This document shows positions 1 to 9,935 of a stretch of DNA of 61,071 nucleotides, piece by piece. The notes beneath the pieces are model-generated. The model made no database searches. It had not been told where the DNA came from and saw only the letters and a program-made list of their open reading frames with translations. A program made the position numbers and the translations under genes. The stretch's first letter is position 1. Every line of letters starts with the position of its first letter. Source of the stretch: a virus (lineage: Duplodnaviria > Caudoviricetes). Where the stretch lies: the IMG/VR virus record IMGVR_UViG_3300005611_000024, positions 1 through 61,071 of that record. The stretch is one strand, 5' to 3'.

Positions 1-18
1 GAACTAGAAAAAGGGTTA
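1..18. repeat. 18-bp terminal overlap (GAACTAGAAAAAGGGTTA), identical to 61054-61071
   Basis: Exact match of the first and last 18 nt; joining the ends restores one open frame. Confidence 0.95.
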
Positions 19-2000
19 GCCATAGAACCAAACACAGCACCTGTCTTTAAAAATTGTGGTATTTTAGTATTTAGTCTTTGTGCTAAAGACTGCACCTCAT
101 TGTAGACAAGCTCTTGTAAACCACCATTTCTTCCTGCTAAATCAAAAGCTGCAATTCTAGCTCGGGCTCTAGCATTAATTGTTGTTGGCACATCTTCTTG
201 TCTAGTGATATCTCTAGCTTTTATTCTATATCTTTCTCCAATTTCATCTCTAAGTTTTTTATTTTCTGAAATGCTTTTATATTGCTCTTCACCTAATGTA
301 TTTTTTAAAAATCTCATTATTTCTGGCGAACCTTTTTTGTCAAACTTATACTGTCTATCTACTGTAAATTGCTCATGATTTATTGCATAGTCAGCTACCA
401 CCTCAGCGGCTTCATTGTCATTCTTACCTAAATTTAAATTGACACGAGGAGAAATAAATAAAGAGTCTGTTTTTAATTTATCCACCATCTCAGGTACTTT
501 TTTACCTTCCTTTTTTTCTTCTTCTGTCAACTTACCTGGCACTGTTTTAATAGTTTTAACTTCGCCTACATAAAAATCATCCTTTGATAAGTTATTATCT
601 TTCATATATTTGTTTATTTCTTTTCTTGTTTTACCTTCAAAAACTTTTGGTGATTCTTGTCCCTTTATAAAGTCAACTCTTCCACTAGGGATTTCAGGTT
701 TTTCTTCTACTTTACCTTCTTCTACTTTATTTTCTTCTACTTTACCTTCTTCTTTAGTGTCTGTTTCTACAGCTACACCTGCTCGTTCTTCAAGTAGTGC
801 TTTTTGCTGTGCTTGTAATTCTGCTAGTTGTTCATCTGTTAATTCACCACCTGCTTGCTCTATTTTTATTCTTTGTTTTTCCGCTGCTATTTCATCTTCA
901 GTTGGACTAACAGCTTCTTTAGGAGGCATGTTTTTAGGGTTCAAACTAATATCCGCCAACTCATTTCTTTGTTGTACATTTTCTGCTTCTTTGGATATAT
1001 CTTCTATAGATTCTTCTTTTGTAGATTCAGATTTGATGGCTGCTTTTGAACCTTCCTCATCTTCTTCTCTCACATCAGTTATTTTTTTAGCATCCATTCT
1101 TTGTTTAAAACCACCAATAGAACCTATTGGACCCATTAGAGTAACCGCAAATGCTGTTTCTACATATTCTTTTTGTGCACTTTCATCTGTTAAAGGTAGT
1201 CCTGCATAGTATCTTTCAAGTAATTGTTGTCCTATTTCAGTAGGAATTTCAGCTCCTAAAAATTTACCTGTACCTTTTGATACAGCCTCAGTAATACTTT
1301 GTCTTGCTATTTGTTCAGCAGTTTTTGTACCACCTTGCATAAAGTTTACACCTAATAATTTAGATACTCCTGATAACGCAAGACCCATTCTATCTAAAGC
1401 AGTTTGTGCAAAAGCTGTGGAATAAGCTCCTAATTCATTAATATCCACAGGTCTACCTTGTGATATATCTTCTTCTGCTTTTCTTTGCATATTACTACCT
1501 GCCATAGAAAAGAACACAGGTAATACTGGAGCTATAATTTTAGCAGCTACACCTGCGGGGCCAGGTACATACTTAGCTAATTGAAACCCACCGTAAATAG
1601 AGGCTAGTATAGGTGATTGTCCTGCTATCGTTGCTGGAACTTGAGATATTGCTTCACCCGTTGCGGCAAGAAGACCTTCTTTTTTGAATGTATCTTTAAC
1701 TTTATCTAAATTATAACCAGGACGTTCAGTAATATTTTTTTCTCTTTCTATCCCTTCTAAAGCTGCTTCTTCTCCACCAACAAATGGAGCTGTTAAACCT
1801 GTACCAATACTAGATAAATAACGTTTAGTACCACCAATAAGAGCTTCACCAACACCAGCAGTTTCTTGCTGAGATGGGTCTAATTCATTTTGAGGTTGTT
1901 GTGTTGACCTTATATAATCAACAAGTTTTCGGGCATTTTCTGTGTCGCCTGCAGCGTGTGCTTTTTGTAAAGCTTCATAAACTTGGTTTATGTCGGCCAT
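1..2000 (-). CDS. N-terminal part of giant (~2305 aa) virion/ejection polyvalent protein; continues across the contig junction into 61053-56136
   Basis: ATG at 2000 (MADINQVY...) just after the stop of 2003..3349; 2000+4918 nt = 2306 codons, in frame with the 1619-aa ORF; junction codons checked, no stops. Confidence 0.85.
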   Translation of the reverse strand, partial: MADINQVYEALQKAHAAGDTENARKLVDYIRSTQQPQNELDPSQQETAGVGEALIGGTKRYLSSIGTGLTAPFVGGEEAALEGIEREKNITERPGYNLDKVKDTFKKEGLLAATGEAISQVPATIAGQSPILASIYGGFQLAKYVPGPAGVAAKIIAPVLPVFFSMAGSNMQRKAEEDISQGRPVDINELGAYSTAFAQTALDRMGLALSGVSKLLGVNFMQGGTKTAEQIARQSITEAVSKGTGKFLGAEIPTEIGQQLLERYYAGLPLTDESAQKEYVETAFAVTLMGPIGSIGGFKQRMDAKKITDVREEDEEGSKAAIKSESTKEESIEDISKEAENVQQRNELADISLNPKNMPPKEAVSPTEDEIAAEKQRIKIEQAGGELTDEQLAELQAQQKALLEERAGVAVETDTKEEGKVEENKVEEGKVEEKPEIPSGRVDFIKGQESPKVFEGKTRKEINKYMKDNNLSKDDFYVGEVKTIKTVPGKLTEEEKKEGKKVPEMVDKLKTDSLFISPRVNLNLGKNDNEAAEVVADYAINHEQFTVDRQYKFDKKGSPEIMRFLKNTLGEEQYKSISENKKLRDEIGERYRIKARDITRQEDVPTTINARARARIAAFDLAGRNGGLQELVYNEVQSLAQRLNTKIPQFLKTGAVFGSMANPFSS

Positions 2001-2002
2001 AA

Positions 2003-3349
2003 TTAAACACCATAACCCTTCATTATTTCCTGTATGTAGGCAGGTATATTACCTGTGCCTGTAGAAACACCATAACCACTAGGGTCAGTAGACAAAGCAA
2101 CAGAGTCAGCCGTCATTTTTGATTTAACTTCAAATATATCTGCTATTTTAGCTCTTAATTCTGCAGCCTTTTTTTCATTTCCAGCTCTTTCTGCACTTTT
2201 CAAAGCTAATTCATATTGTATTTGTTGTGCATTTAAACCTTCTATTATTTTTGCTGCTGCAGACGCAGTTTTTGCAACTGTTGGACCTGCAATACCAGCT
2301 ACTTGTATATCTTTTGCTCTTTCTAGTGCTTGTTCATCTTGAGCTAGTGCTTGACCTATTAATGCTATACGTTCTGCTCTGTCTGTTTTTGCTAATTCAG
2401 CTTGAGCTTCAAATATATCTGCTTGAGTATCTGTGTAATCTTTTATTCCCTCAGTTGCTCCTGTTGCAATATTAGTTAATGCATCTGGAGATTGTCCTGC
2501 AGCGATATTAAGACCTGCATTTATTAGAGCCATATTTAAAGCACTTTTATCTTTTTCTTCTAGTTTTTTAGCTATAGATTCTCTTGCAGTGTCTTTTCCA
2601 ACTAAAGCTTCTATTTCTTTATATCTATCCTGAATAGTTTTTTTAGTTTCAACTGTGTTTTTCTTAGGTGGTTTTGGACTAGGTTTACTTTTAGCAAAGG
2701 CATCACGCACTGCATCTAATTCTTCTTTAGTCATACCTGGAGCATCAGTATCATCATCATCTCCAAATAGACTAGAAATAATTGGAATACCGAGACCACC
2801 AGCCACTATTGTTTTTTTAGGATTATCTCTTAAAACTTTACCTGTTTTTGTAAGTAAACTTGGATTGTCGACTACCTCATCAACTGCTTCACCTGCTACA
2901 ACACCAGCAGCCACATCTTTACCTTTACCTTTAAAAAGACCTTTAGCTTTGTTAAATATTCCACCTAATCTATATCTTGGAATAATCCCACCCTCTTTAA
3001 ATGACATATTAGGAGCAGGTAATGAACCAACACCACTTGAAGCTAACATACTAGGAGTTATTTCTGGTTGTGGTGTACCAATACCCTCTGTAACTGGTGT
3101 CATTGCTTGGGGGGCCATTGAGCCTAATCCCATTTGCATTGGTTGTGGTTTGCTCTCAGCTACAAGTTGCTCTGCAACTGATAGGGGTGGTGTTTGGTCA
3201 GCTTGATATCTCTCACGCATTTCTTTACGTCTTTGTAACTCACCTAACGCAAGATAGATAGGAACTTCACCCATAGGTTGTTCTACATAATTAACCAAAT
3301 CTGAATCTGGTAATCCTTTTAGTCTATCTTGTATTTGTATAATATTCAT
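2003..3349 (-). CDS. Putative internal virion/ejection protein
   Basis: Ala/Gly/Gln-rich and helical, FKEGG/YRLGG motifs, lies next to the giant protein in the ejection-protein block. Confidence 0.6.
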   Translation of the reverse strand: MNIIQIQDRLKGLPDSDLVNYVEQPMGEVPIYLALGELQRRKEMRERYQADQTPPLSVAEQLVAESKPQPMQMGLGSMAPQAMTPVTEGIGTPQPEITPSMLASSGVGSLPAPNMSFKEGGIIPRYRLGGIFNKAKGLFKGKGKDVAAGVVAGEAVDEVVDNPSLLTKTGKVLRDNPKKTIVAGGLGIPIISSLFGDDDDTDAPGMTKEELDAVRDAFAKSKPSPKPPKKNTVETKKTIQDRYKEIEALVGKDTARESIAKKLEEKDKSALNMALINAGLNIAAGQSPDALTNIATGATEGIKDYTDTQADIFEAQAELAKTDRAERIALIGQALAQDEQALERAKDIQVAGIAGPTVAKTASAAAKIIEGLNAQQIQYELALKSAERAGNEKKAAELRAKIADIFEVKSKMTADSVALSTDPSGYGVSTGTGNIPAYIQEIMKGYGV

Positions 3350-3361
3350 GCCATTTACCTT

Positions 3362-3538
3362 TTAATGTACAGTAGATTCATCTCTTTCAGTTAATAAATT
3401 ATCTAATATCTGGTCTAAAAGTAACCACTGTACCTCTGTTAATTCAGTTAATCCCTCTGGTACATATTTATTTTTTGGTTCATATAAATATAAAAAAGCT
3501 TTCTCTAGTTTCTCTTTACTTAATAATTCTAAATTCAT
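3362..3538 (-). CDS. Hypothetical 58-aa protein (MNLELLSKEK...ESTVH)
   Basis: Manually translated; AGGAGG SD upstream; fills the gap in the operon. Confidence 0.7.
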   Translation of the reverse strand: MNLELLSKEKLEKAFLYLYEPKNKYVPEGLTELTEVQWLLLDQILDNLLTERDESTVH

Positions 3539-3554
3539 ACTACCTAACCTCCTG

Positions 3555-4826
3555 TTAACTCATTTGGTTATATAATCCCAATCCTGCAATACCAAGTCCA
3601 CCAATCTGACTAGCTAAACTAGGTGCTGGAGCATATTGTACTTGTGTTGAACCTAATGCACCTGCAGTACCACGAAGTATGTTTGATTGAAACTCCAATA
3701 GTCGTCTTGCTTCGTCTTGTTGCTCTTTGAAGTTTTGGTATTCTAAGTTTGCAATTTCTTGGTCTAGTGCTTGTTGTTGACCTGCTGTAGCTGCTTGAGC
3801 TTTGAGTCTTTCTAACTCTGCAATCTGTTGGTCTCTACCTAATTGACCTTGAGCTTGACCTGCTTGTAGTCCAGTACCTAATCCTGAAATACCTAAGTCT
3901 GCTTGTAGTTTAGTACCAAACTGTTCACCTGCTTGCTCTAATTGTCTTCTTTCTCTCTCAGCAGCAAGAGTCTGTTCATCAGCTCGCATACCAGCGGCTC
4001 TATCTCTTTCAAACTGTTGTTGTGCATTTAAGAAAGCATCTTGTTGTCCTTTGGCTCTTAAATCTGCAATTAATGCTCTAGTTCTAGCATCAGCTTCTCC
4101 AGTCATCAAGGCTTCACGACCACCACCAAAAGTACCTCTTCCGATTGAACCCATAGAATATCTTGCTTTGTCAATGTCTGCTTGTCGTTGAGCCTCTAGT
4201 ATTGCTCTATCTGTTACTTGTTCACTAAATGGGCTCATGTATTGTTGCATAGCTGCTTGGTCAAACATACCAGGAGTTGTCATTCTAAGTGACTCAATAT
4301 CACTTGGAGTATAATCAAGTGCTCCGCTTAGTCCTCTTGCAGCTGCACCTGTACTCATGGTGCCAATATCGCCTAGTGTTTGTGTGGCTGTACCAAACTG
4401 ACCAGGAGTGGTTAGACCTAATACACCTTGTTGGATAGCTTGTTGCTCTGGAGTAAATCCTACAACTCTAGTGCCTTCGTATTGTGGTAAATCTTGTACG
4501 CCTGTAACATTCCCTGCTGCATCTGTAGTGTAAGTCTGTTTAGCTGATTGTTTCATCAACTCTTCATAGAAAGGTCTAGCATACTCAGGTAAGTTGGTTG
4601 TAGTTGAAGTAGTATTACCACCACTTTTACTTCCACCACCATACTCAAATAGTCCTGTTGCTGGATTGATTGTACCTGAACCACCTACTGATTTTAGTAA
4701 GTCTGCTTCGTAATCATTGATGTGAGCTAAACGTGTATCACCCATACGACCCTGTCCTGCAAGGTCTTTATATAAGTGTTTAATTAACCATACTTTTAAT
4801 TTATTTGGTACTAACTTTAAAAACAT
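3555..4826 (-). CDS. Putative DNA transfer/ejection protein
   Basis: Gln/Ala/Gly-rich coiled coil, hydrophobic Gly-rich C-terminus, N-terminal GDTxLAHIN...GSGTINPxTGL module. Confidence 0.6.
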   Translation of the reverse strand: MFLKLVPNKLKVWLIKHLYKDLAGQGRMGDTRLAHINDYEADLLKSVGGSGTINPATGLFEYGGGSKSGGNTTSTTTNLPEYARPFYEELMKQSAKQTYTTDAAGNVTGVQDLPQYEGTRVVGFTPEQQAIQQGVLGLTTPGQFGTATQTLGDIGTMSTGAAARGLSGALDYTPSDIESLRMTTPGMFDQAAMQQYMSPFSEQVTDRAILEAQRQADIDKARYSMGSIGRGTFGGGREALMTGEADARTRALIADLRAKGQQDAFLNAQQQFERDRAAGMRADEQTLAAERERRQLEQAGEQFGTKLQADLGISGLGTGLQAGQAQGQLGRDQQIAELERLKAQAATAGQQQALDQEIANLEYQNFKEQQDEARRLLEFQSNILRGTAGALGSTQVQYAPAPSLASQIGGLGIAGLGLYNQMS

Positions 4827-4829
4827 CTT

Positions 4830-5252
4830 TTACTCCACGGGTAACTCATAACCCACAAATCGTTTGACATATCCATAGTCTTTCCACATCTTTTCCCAAC
4901 CTGGTCTGCCATATGACTCTATTTTCTCACATCCGTTGTCTCTTGCAAACCCTTGTACCTTTGGAAATCCATCTGGTACCCAGCTTTTAAAATCCTGTCC
5001 GCCTGTAAAATGCATCATCAGGGTTTTAAATTGAGGATATTTAACTATTTCTGTTATCAAAAAACCTACTATAACTTTGGTTTCTACGTCAAATGAGACC
5101 CATAACTGCTGGTCTTTTGATAACAAATCTCTTAACATATCCTCTGCGGTAAATCTACCGTAAGTATATCTGGCACAACGCTTTGCATACTTCTCTATTT
5201 GTGGCCAAACATCTGCGATATGTTCTTTTGGAACAATCGTTGCTTTCTTCAA
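4830..5252 (-). CDS. GNAT-fold acetyltransferase-like virion-associated protein
   Basis: GCxxIExxGRPGW motif and size typical of podophage GNAT-like proteins beside ejection genes. Confidence 0.55.
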   Translation of the reverse strand: MKKATIVPKEHIADVWPQIEKYAKRCARYTYGRFTAEDMLRDLLSKDQQLWVSFDVETKVIVGFLITEIVKYPQFKTLMMHFTGGQDFKSWVPDGFPKVQGFARDNGCEKIESYGRPGWEKMWKDYGYVKRFVGYELPVE

Positions 5253-5965
5253 ACTGGCATAAACCTCTCGGGTGTAATCTCTTTACCCTGTCTCTCATTT
5301 CCTGTCCTAGCTTTTCTTATTCTATCCATCATACTATAGAGTTGCTCTGCACCTGCATCAGAAGAGCCATTACCTAAATGACTTACAACATCTGCAGGAA
5401 TCACAAACTCACCATCAGATAGTCTGACAGGTTGTGTATTATCAATGGTGCCCATAATCTCATCAGACATTCCATCTCCTACTTTTCCACCTGTTTCTAA
5501 ATAACCACCCTCTGCGAGTAATCTTAATCCTGTGTCTCTATTTAAATTTAATCGTCTATTAGGGTCATATTTGTATTCATTCATTTCAGCTGTGGTCATG
5601 TCTGGTACCATCGCTCCTGCTACTGCAGGTAAGCCAACAGCTCCTGCTTTTAGAGCACCTTTGGTCATGTCTCCACCACCTAAATTGCTTATAAGTCCTT
5701 TAGGGTCACTAAGAGCAGCTTTAGCTGCTTCTCCAGTAGTAGCTTGAGTTCCTGTTAAACCCATAGCAGTAGTATTAGCAGCCTCACGTAATCCTCCGCC
5801 ACCATATCCTCCAAGACCACCTGTAACAGCACCCATCAATGGGTCTTCTTTTCTCAATGCAGCTATACCTGCACCCGTAGCAGCACCTGCAGCCAAAGCA
5901 TAACCAGGAAATGCAAATCCTGCGGCTACTGGGGCTAAACTTGAAAATAAATTTCCTAAACTCAT
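5249..5965 (-). CDS. Putative internal virion protein
   Basis: Gly/Ala-rich hydrophobic N-half; GDGMSDEI...LSDGEFVIPADVV motif. Confidence 0.55.
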   Translation of the reverse strand: MSLGNLFSSLAPVAAGFAFPGYALAAGAATGAGIAALRKEDPLMGAVTGGLGGYGGGGLREAANTTAMGLTGTQATTGEAAKAALSDPKGLISNLGGGDMTKGALKAGAVGLPAVAGAMVPDMTTAEMNEYKYDPNRRLNLNRDTGLRLLAEGGYLETGGKVGDGMSDEIMGTIDNTQPVRLSDGEFVIPADVVSHLGNGSSDAGAEQLYSMMDRIRKARTGNERQGKEITPERFMPV

Positions 5966-6012
5966 AAGTTGTATAATACCACCATTTATGTTATGTAAAA
6001 ACCTTTTTTATC

Positions 6013-7257
6013 TTACAAATCATACCATTTAAGCAATCCAGAGACATCGCCGTTAGCACTACCTGGACGCACTGCAAGCGTTAAAGTATCTGATGTACCA
6101 CCTATGGTTTGTCCTAATTGATAAGCAAATGCAAATTCTCCAGTACCAATAGTAAATGGTGTTGTTTTACCTCCTAAATATCCGCCTGCTACACGAGTAC
6201 CTGTACTAGATAAAGAAGATGTTGTTAAATCATATTCAACATTATCACTGAATGAAGTATAACTAAATGCTGAACTTGGTGTTGCATTAAAAAATAATCC
6301 CCATTCAAAGTCGTTATTAGATATATTTAATATGTCTACTCCAGCAGGGATAATGACAGCATAAGGTCGGCCTGATTTAATTCTAATCGTTGCAATATTA
6401 TAATAAGTATTTGCTGTTGTTAAGTTAACCCCTACATTAATTTGAGAAGTACCTATCATATTACGTGCACCTTCTGGAGCATAGCCCCCTTCAGATATAC
6501 AAGTAGAACATATTTGACCTAGTGTATAAGTACCTGCAGCTAATGTATCTAATACTTCAATCTCATACCGAATGGGTAAATTAGGTGATGTCATATAGAC
6601 TGCTGTTAGGTTATTTGCATTATAAAAAGTATGAGCAACAATAAATTTACCATCAATAATAAACCCTACTCTAACTGAACCAACACCTAACCATTCCATA
6701 TCCATATATAAAATATTAGTTTTAGTTGGGTCTAATGTATACCCACTTGAGCCTGTTCCATCTAACTTATCACCATTCCAATTAGCTTGAATTATATCAG
6801 TATCTACTGCAGAACCTGATACATAAGTACGTCTTACTATCTGATAGCCTGTGCCAGTGTCTTCAAAAAAGATGCCATTATTAGCATCAAAATAACCTAC
6901 CGCTTGTCGTAAGTTTTCAGTCTGTGTATGCATCACAAAAGTATTAAACAATAATAAAGACTTACCTGGTTGATAAGACATAACACGTTTACTCTGTCTA
7001 ATTACTTTATCGCCTGTTGTTTCAGTAACATTTAAATTAACTTGCGATGAGTTTTGTACATAAGTAACAGTCGCTGAGCCCGTAGTGGAAGCATCAAACA
7101 AAGTATTTTGCGAACCTACGTTTTTACTATCAAATATAGTTAATGGGTTAGATACCCGCATTCTACCAAATGCATCAGAACCTGTTGTACCTTGAAAGTT
7201 TATAGATACGGGTATTTCTGGGCTTGAGCCAAACGGAGGGTAATAACTTATTGTCAT
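6013..7257 (-). CDS. Beta-rich virion/tail protein (possible lectin-like fold)
   Basis: 414 aa, Thr/Gly/aromatic-rich, in tail operon. Confidence 0.45.
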   Translation of the reverse strand: MTISYYPPFGSSPEIPVSINFQGTTGSDAFGRMRVSNPLTIFDSKNVGSQNTLFDASTTGSATVTYVQNSSQVNLNVTETTGDKVIRQSKRVMSYQPGKSLLLFNTFVMHTQTENLRQAVGYFDANNGIFFEDTGTGYQIVRRTYVSGSAVDTDIIQANWNGDKLDGTGSSGYTLDPTKTNILYMDMEWLGVGSVRVGFIIDGKFIVAHTFYNANNLTAVYMTSPNLPIRYEIEVLDTLAAGTYTLGQICSTCISEGGYAPEGARNMIGTSQINVGVNLTTANTYYNIATIRIKSGRPYAVIIPAGVDILNISNNDFEWGLFFNATPSSAFSYTSFSDNVEYDLTTSSLSSTGTRVAGGYLGGKTTPFTIGTGEFAFAYQLGQTIGGTSDTLTLAVRPGSANGDVSGLLKWYDL

Positions 7258-7592
7258 TCAGTAGCCTCCCCGCCTGTAACATTAACAGTGCATCCTGTTG
7301 CATCTGCTTTGACTTGTACTGTGTCTGAAGCATTTAATATTTGAGCTCCTGTCCACTGAACTGTTGTGTAAGCAGGTAGAAGATTATTATAGAATAAAGC
7401 ATTACCCGTGCCTACAGTACCTTGGTCTGGCACTAAATTAACATAAATACGTTTTGCAGAACTTGTAGTATTAATAATAGTAATGTCTTTTACGTAAGTT
7501 CTAGTGTTTGCAGGACAGGTGTAAATAGCCAAATAAGTTGTGGTCATTTCAGCTTGTCCTAATAATGTAGGTGTAATTGCTTGATAAGCCAT
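7254..7592 (-). CDS. Small virion structural protein
   Basis: 112-aa beta-rich ORF, translationally coupled to neighbours. Confidence 0.55.
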   Translation of the reverse strand: MAYQAITPTLLGQAEMTTTYLAIYTCPANTRTYVKDITIINTTSSAKRIYVNLVPDQGTVGTGNALFYNNLLPAYTTVQWTGAQILNASDTVQVKADATGCTVNVTGGEATE

Positions 7593-7777
7593 TAATTATC
7601 TCCTAACCACTGTAAAGTTACTAACATATCTAAATTATTTTTGACTTGGTTATTCGTACCGTCTATTTGATTAAAATATAATCTTAGCTGATTTAGAAGT
7701 TGTAACTGCTGTTGATAGTCATATTCTTGTTTAGGTGGAGCTAAGTTAGGTCCTTTAGTAGTTGTGATATGTGCCAT
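7592..7777 (-). CDS. Hypothetical protein (tail-associated)
   Basis: Coupled TAATG overlaps on both sides. Confidence 0.6.
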   Translation of the reverse strand: MAHITTTKGPNLAPPKQEYDYQQQLQLLNQLRLYFNQIDGTNNQVKNNLDMLVTLQWLGDN

Positions 7778-9933
7778 TATCCTCTCCTTCCATCTGGTCT
7801 AAAGTCTACTCGTGTAGTACCAAGTTGCCATTGTACTCCAACATCTTCACTAGCTATCTTAAAGTTCATCTGTCTACCTCTGGCTCTAACATATACTTGA
7901 TTAGTATACTGGTCTACAGTAGCTGTGGTTACAACATCCCTTGTTAATGTATTACCTGAAACATCTGAAGTGCTATTGGCAGCTCCTGGAAAGTTTCTCA
8001 CTCCTACAGTTACTTGTACTTCTGGAGTCAATGCATCACCTTGTGCAGTCGCAGTATCTGAATTAGTAAAGTTAATATCAGGTATGACTCTTTTAGTTAA
8101 AACAAATTGTTCACCATCTTCTATATCCATATCTCCAGATTCAATAAAAGATTCTATGGCAGTTGGGTCTGCACCAGGAGTCTCTACATTGTCTTTACCA
8201 TCTTCATGTTTATACACATAGCCATTGAAAGTAGCAAGTGGGAACTTGATTGTTCCTGAGTTAGCCCATGCAGTTCTAGTTAAGTTACCATAATACCATA
8301 TATTATCTTGGTAATTATAGATGACATAGCGGTCTATACTGTTAGAGCCTCCTGAACAGTAAAACCAAATAATTTCGTTAAACTCGCTGTTAACTCCTGC
8401 GAAATTCAAATACCCTTCATTTTTATTCATGTCCTCAAACACATACTGTTTTAAAGTACAAGGTAAAGTGTTAACACGACCATCATATGAGAAAAACTTA
8501 TCTGTTCCCATCCAGTAGACAACGTTGTTTGCTTCTGCTACAACTTTAGGTCCGATAATATTAATAGCATCACTAATCTCTTGAATAGCAAAAACTTCTT
8601 CTGTACCTAAAAATTGTAGTGTTGATAAAGCAATATCAGTAAAGATAAGAACCTCTTGTCTAGTTCTAAATCCAGTAATAATTTGAGAACCTTGTTTAAC
8701 TCGTATAAACCCTGCTGTATTAGTAAGTTCTGGCTTCCATTCTTCAGGTTGTGGTCCTATGTTAGGGTCAACGTTTGCCCAACGAATAAGTAATGGGTCT
8801 AGTGTTCCTGAGTAATCAATACTTTGGAAAGCACCAACTGTAGTAGCATCACTGCCTGGGTCATAAGGTAGTGTTATAGTAAAAGTAGTACTACTTGGTA
8901 CAGAGACTACTTGATATTCACCTTGATAAACCTGTGGAGCTTGACCACTAAATAGCAACCAATCGTTTGCACTCAATCCGTGTGCTCCTGAAGTAGTTAC
9001 TGTGGCGGTAGTCCCAGACCTAGTAATAGTAGAAATTGTTGCCCCTGCTGTATAAACTTGATTATAGTCAGTGCAACTTAGAGCAAGTAAATGTCCACTT
9101 GCCGCGAAAATAACTTTACCAACTGTTTCTGGAACAGCTCTTGAACCTGTTAAACTATTAAGTAATACAGCTCGGTTTGTAATAGAAGCATCATAGTCCC
9201 AATAAAATATATCACTATCTTGTATATTATAAATAATATCGTTATTAAACTTTTCTTGGAATATTATTCTAGCAGGTAAATTAATTGGTGTGGTTGCACT
9301 AGAACCCCAAGTTCCTCTACCCCATGTACCTGCACTCCAACCATACCCAAAAGTAACAACAGAGTATCCAACAGGCCATAAAAATTCCATTGTAATACCT
9401 GTACCACCACCTGCAGCAACCGTTGAAGTAGCTGCTGTATCTACTGTAATTTCAAAAGTGCTACTTGTCGTGTTACTAACTTGATGTTCTTTGTTGATAT
9501 CTAAAGCAGGGACACCACCAATCGCTGTCGCACCACTTATAATTACATAGTCATTATCAGAAGCACCGTGTCCTGTCAAAGTTACTGTAATCGTTGTGGA
9601 AGTATCAGTTGTAGCTAAAGAGTTGTCAGTTGCAGTTGTGGTAAATGTGGCTCTAATTGGAGTTATATCATAGAGTTCGTTACCTAAAACAACGTAATTT
9701 TTCTCGTTAGTTGCAACTCCGATAATCTCGTTATTATCTGTAGTACCATACTGAATAATAGTACTAGCATCACCAGAAAAAGCAGTCAGATTTATTGGAG
9801 TCCAACCACCTATTTTTTCAGGATAACCTTGTCTGAATCTTATTTTGTCACAAGAATACCAACTCCCTTCTGAAGAGTAGTTAGTTCTGTCTCGATTGAT
9901 TCCTGGTTGGAATACAATTTTTTTCAGTGCCAT
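7777..9933 (-). CDS. Tail nozzle/stabilisation protein (P22 gp10 / T7 gp12-like position)
   Basis: 718 aa, beta-propeller-like W/Y motifs, C-terminal ARGRQ...DxRPDGRR. Confidence 0.65.
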   Translation of the reverse strand: MALKKIVFQPGINRDRTNYSSEGSWYSCDKIRFRQGYPEKIGGWTPINLTAFSGDASTIIQYGTTDNNEIIGVATNEKNYVVLGNELYDITPIRATFTTTATDNSLATTDTSTTITVTLTGHGASDNDYVIISGATAIGGVPALDINKEHQVSNTTSSTFEITVDTAATSTVAAGGGTGITMEFLWPVGYSVVTFGYGWSAGTWGRGTWGSSATTPINLPARIIFQEKFNNDIIYNIQDSDIFYWDYDASITNRAVLLNSLTGSRAVPETVGKVIFAASGHLLALSCTDYNQVYTAGATISTITRSGTTATVTTSGAHGLSANDWLLFSGQAPQVYQGEYQVVSVPSSTTFTITLPYDPGSDATTVGAFQSIDYSGTLDPLLIRWANVDPNIGPQPEEWKPELTNTAGFIRVKQGSQIITGFRTRQEVLIFTDIALSTLQFLGTEEVFAIQEISDAINIIGPKVVAEANNVVYWMGTDKFFSYDGRVNTLPCTLKQYVFEDMNKNEGYLNFAGVNSEFNEIIWFYCSGGSNSIDRYVIYNYQDNIWYYGNLTRTAWANSGTIKFPLATFNGYVYKHEDGKDNVETPGADPTAIESFIESGDMDIEDGEQFVLTKRVIPDINFTNSDTATAQGDALTPEVQVTVGVRNFPGAANSTSDVSGNTLTRDVVTTATVDQYTNQVYVRARGRQMNFKIASEDVGVQWQLGTTRVDFRPDGRRG

Positions 9934-9935
9934 AC

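Noticed and set aside
1-18. 18-bp end match as a biological terminal repeat or att site
   Set aside because: It falls inside a coding sequence and is most simply an assembly circularisation overlap
610-1209. Plus-strand ORFs 610..1209, 855..1049 and similar antisense ORFs (2655, 12192, 14822, 15859, 46620, 51488 etc.)
   Set aside because: Shadows of real genes on the opposite strand; low-complexity mirror translations with no SD
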